Part shown: one piece after another, positions 63,767 to 64,000 of the stretch
Layout of the letters: every line of letters starts with the position of its first letter
Numbering within the stretch: the stretch's first letter is position 1
Notes under the pieces: model-generated
Database searches by the model: none
Told to the model about the DNA's origin: nothing
What the model saw: only the letters and a program-made list of their open reading frames with translations
NCBI GenBank assembly: GCA_040754625.1
Contig: JBFMCF010000083.1
Location: forward strand, 5,604 to 69,603
Length of the DNA: 64,000 bases
Direction of reading: 5' to 3'
Source of the DNA: a bacterium
GTDB lineage: Bacteria > JACRDZ01 > JAQUKH01
Made by a program: the position numbers and the translations under genes

Positions 63767-64000
63767 GTCAGTAAGGCTGGGAACGAACGGCGTTCAAGGA
63801 AAAGATATTTCCGCTCAGCATGTGGAGGTCTTAAAATACACTAATCCTGTTTTTAAAAAACTTTACGGTGATTTATACACGGAATTGGTTAACCATAAAC
63901 CCGATTTGCTTGGTTGGCTGTATAACGAGCTTGATAAACCATGGCAATATCAAAAACGGAGAATGGCCTTAAACAGGCTTAATCCCGGGGATATTGACGG

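Noticed and set aside
1-64000. Scan for rRNA, tRNA, tmRNA and RNase P in intergenic regions.
   Set aside because: No cloverleaf-like GTTC-containing or other recognisable structural RNA signatures were found by eye. This cannot exclude small RNAs without covariance-model searches.

Overview
This is an AT-rich (about 35-40% GC) bacterial window of 64 kb. Coordinates 2366-35808 hold a divergently transcribed cluster of four very large secreted multiheme c-type cytochromes of 2838, 1314, 986 and 5555 aa. By eye they carry roughly 22, 21, 15 and 45 CxxCH heme-binding motifs, so more than 100 covalent hemes are encoded in about 33 kb. An NHL-repeat beta-propeller protein sits at the head of the plus-strand cytochrome operon. 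Downstream on that strand is a 1342-aa secreted FN3/Ig-like/TPR protein, a 274-bp perfect-inverted-repeat element and a ResB/Ccs1-like cytochrome c biogenesis protein. On the minus strand the 2838-aa cytochrome is followed by a GT2 glycosyltransferase and a radical SAM/SPASM enzyme, which are candidate modifiers. The 2838-aa cytochrome also has a parallel beta-helix, Ig-like module repeats and a C-terminal SPOR-like peptidoglycan-binding domain. The 5555-aa protein interleaves two heme-rich regions with four LamG-like lectin domains, five tandem 59-aa repeats, FN3 modules and a discoidin-like domain. This looks like an undescribed extracellular or cell-wall-anchored electron-transfer 'mega-cytochrome' system. 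The rest of the window is housekeeping and accessory content, including Moco biosynthesis and comM. Notable accessory items are three tandem PMT/ArnT-like membrane glycosyltransferases, a DUF4160/DUF2442 pair, an AbiEi/AbiEii pair, and a 2.7 kb module bracketed by a duplicated comM 3' end. No rRNA, tRNA or CRISPR was recognised.
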